Below are positions 63,009-64,000 of a stretch of 64,000 nucleotides of DNA, in pieces. Below the pieces are notes generated by a model that saw only the letters and a program-made list of their open reading frames with translations, ran no database searches and was not told the origin of the DNA. Source of the stretch: a virus. Numbering within the stretch: position 1 is the first letter of the stretch; each line of letters begins with the position of its first letter. A program made the position numbers and the translations under genes. The stretch covers positions 1 through 64,000 of IMG/VR virus record IMGVR_UViG_3300045131_002121; one strand, given 5' to 3'.

Positions 63009-63770
63009 ATGAAAACCGCTGAGCTCCGCCTCGACTTGAAGTCAGCGCTGACCACGTTGGTGCCCCTGCGCCCCGCGGGTCGCCTGGTCCTCGACTCCGC
63101 TGACGACCTCAGCGTGCGTTTAGTCCTCGAGTACGACTCGGAACCCCTTGTTCTCAGGGCTCCATACCCCCGTCTTGGTGTGTTCACCGAGAAGGGCGCC
63201 TTGCTCTTGAGCACGAATTACATCCCAGGTGCGGCGACCTGGGCTCTCGAGAATCCCAACGCTGGCCGGATCCCCTACCAGATCAATGGCAGCAGTCATG
63301 CCTTCGATGTCCTCGACACCCTGAACCCCATCGATCTCGAATGGCGCCTCATCGGGGTATTCGATTCCTTGACCCCCCGTGAGATCACGGCGGTCAAGGG
63401 CATCATAACTTACTCGCCTGGGAAAACTGATGCCGCACCTGGGCCAACCCCAAGTGGGGACTGCTGTGATCAGATCGGTCTCGACATCGAGTTCGAGCTC
63501 GACAACCAAGCCTATTACACCGAGTACACCTGGGATGACGTCACCGGCAACCTCATCACGAAGACGCATTACTCCGACGCCACGAAGTCCACGATTCTCT
63601 TTGTTGTCACCTATGCCTGGTACCCCAGCGATCTCATCCACGTCAAGAGGATCACGAGGGTCCGTGATGGCGCCGTGCTCACGCTCACCTTTGAATGGGC
63701 ACCCCAGGACTCCACTCCTCTTTCCGAAACCTTGGTGTCGGTGACCCGCGTGCTGAACATGGGGCCGTAA
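63009..63770 (+). CDS. hypothetical virion protein with YD-like beta hairpins at the C-terminus
   Basis: GGAG RBS; YTEYTWDDVTGNLITKTHY. Confidence 0.6.
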   Translation: MKTAELRLDLKSALTTLVPLRPAGRLVLDSADDLSVRLVLEYDSEPLVLRAPYPRLGVFTEKGALLLSTNYIPGAATWALENPNAGRIPYQINGSSHAFDVLDTLNPIDLEWRLIGVFDSLTPREITAVKGIITYSPGKTDAAPGPTPSGDCCDQIGLDIEFELDNQAYYTEYTWDDVTGNLITKTHYSDATKSTILFVVTYAWYPSDLIHVKRITRVRDGAVLTLTFEWAPQDSTPLSETLVSVTRVLNMGP

Positions 63771-63772
63771 CC

Positions 63773-64000
63773 ATGGCCATGAACATCATCCCAGGCGCCC
63801 TGCCTCTTATCGATAACGCCACGTTTGCTGGCCTTCCCCTCACGGAGCCCACTGAAGTGAATTACTGCGGCACCCTTGATATCGTGCTCCCCGAGGGCTT
63901 CCGTGACGCCGTGGGTGCCGACGTAAATATCTCGCATGGGATCTCGATCCCGGCGGCCTGCTTCCCCCAGCCCTTGGGAGCCGAAACCATTTCCCTGGCC
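63773..64000 (+). CDS. hypothetical protein, 3'-truncated
   Basis: ATG right after the upstream TAA; frame open to the window end (MAMNIIPGALPLIDN...). Confidence 0.6.
   Translation, partial: MAMNIIPGALPLIDNATFAGLPLTEPTEVNYCGTLDIVLPEGFRDAVGADVNISHGISIPAACFPQPLGAETISLA

Noticed and set aside
4377-63775. Frequent CCATG start context resembling a eukaryotic Kozak sequence
   Set aside because: Most such starts also have AGGA/GGAG Shine-Dalgarno-like sites or overlapping stops, and the genes are operonic, indicating bacterial-type translation
1-64000. Stop-codon reassignment (TAG or TGA), as in some large phages
   Set aside because: Long genes are intact in the standard code, and TAG, TGA and TAA stops are each followed directly by new gene starts

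Overview
This is a 64-kb, gene-dense segment with all credible genes on the + strand. It reads as part of a large (probably jumbo) tailed dsDNA phage, possibly of a PVC-superphylum host (inferred from an autotransporter-repeat-like fibre). From left to right it contains a glycosyltransferase module (KpsS-like, Maf/DUF115-, GT29- and GT32-like, methyltransferase), small hypotheticals, a monomeric class II ribonucleotide reductase, an XRE regulator and tail/head fibre genes. A long virion operon follows, with an intein-containing portal-like protein, a 1914-aa putative internal protein and a two-gene multisubunit RNA polymerase (beta fused to the N-half of beta', plus a separate intein-containing beta' C-half). 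The operon ends with a prohead protease, scaffold-like proteins, a decoration protein and a major capsid protein. The most striking unexplained signal is a K-x-A(A/S) motif that ends short N-terminal leaders in more than 10 virion-operon proteins and also falls at the domain boundaries of modular 'polyproteins'. It often co-occurs with Gly-zipper membrane anchors. This suggests a capsid-targeting and proteolytic cargo-release system. All family assignments come from motif recognition by eye; no database searches or computations were run.
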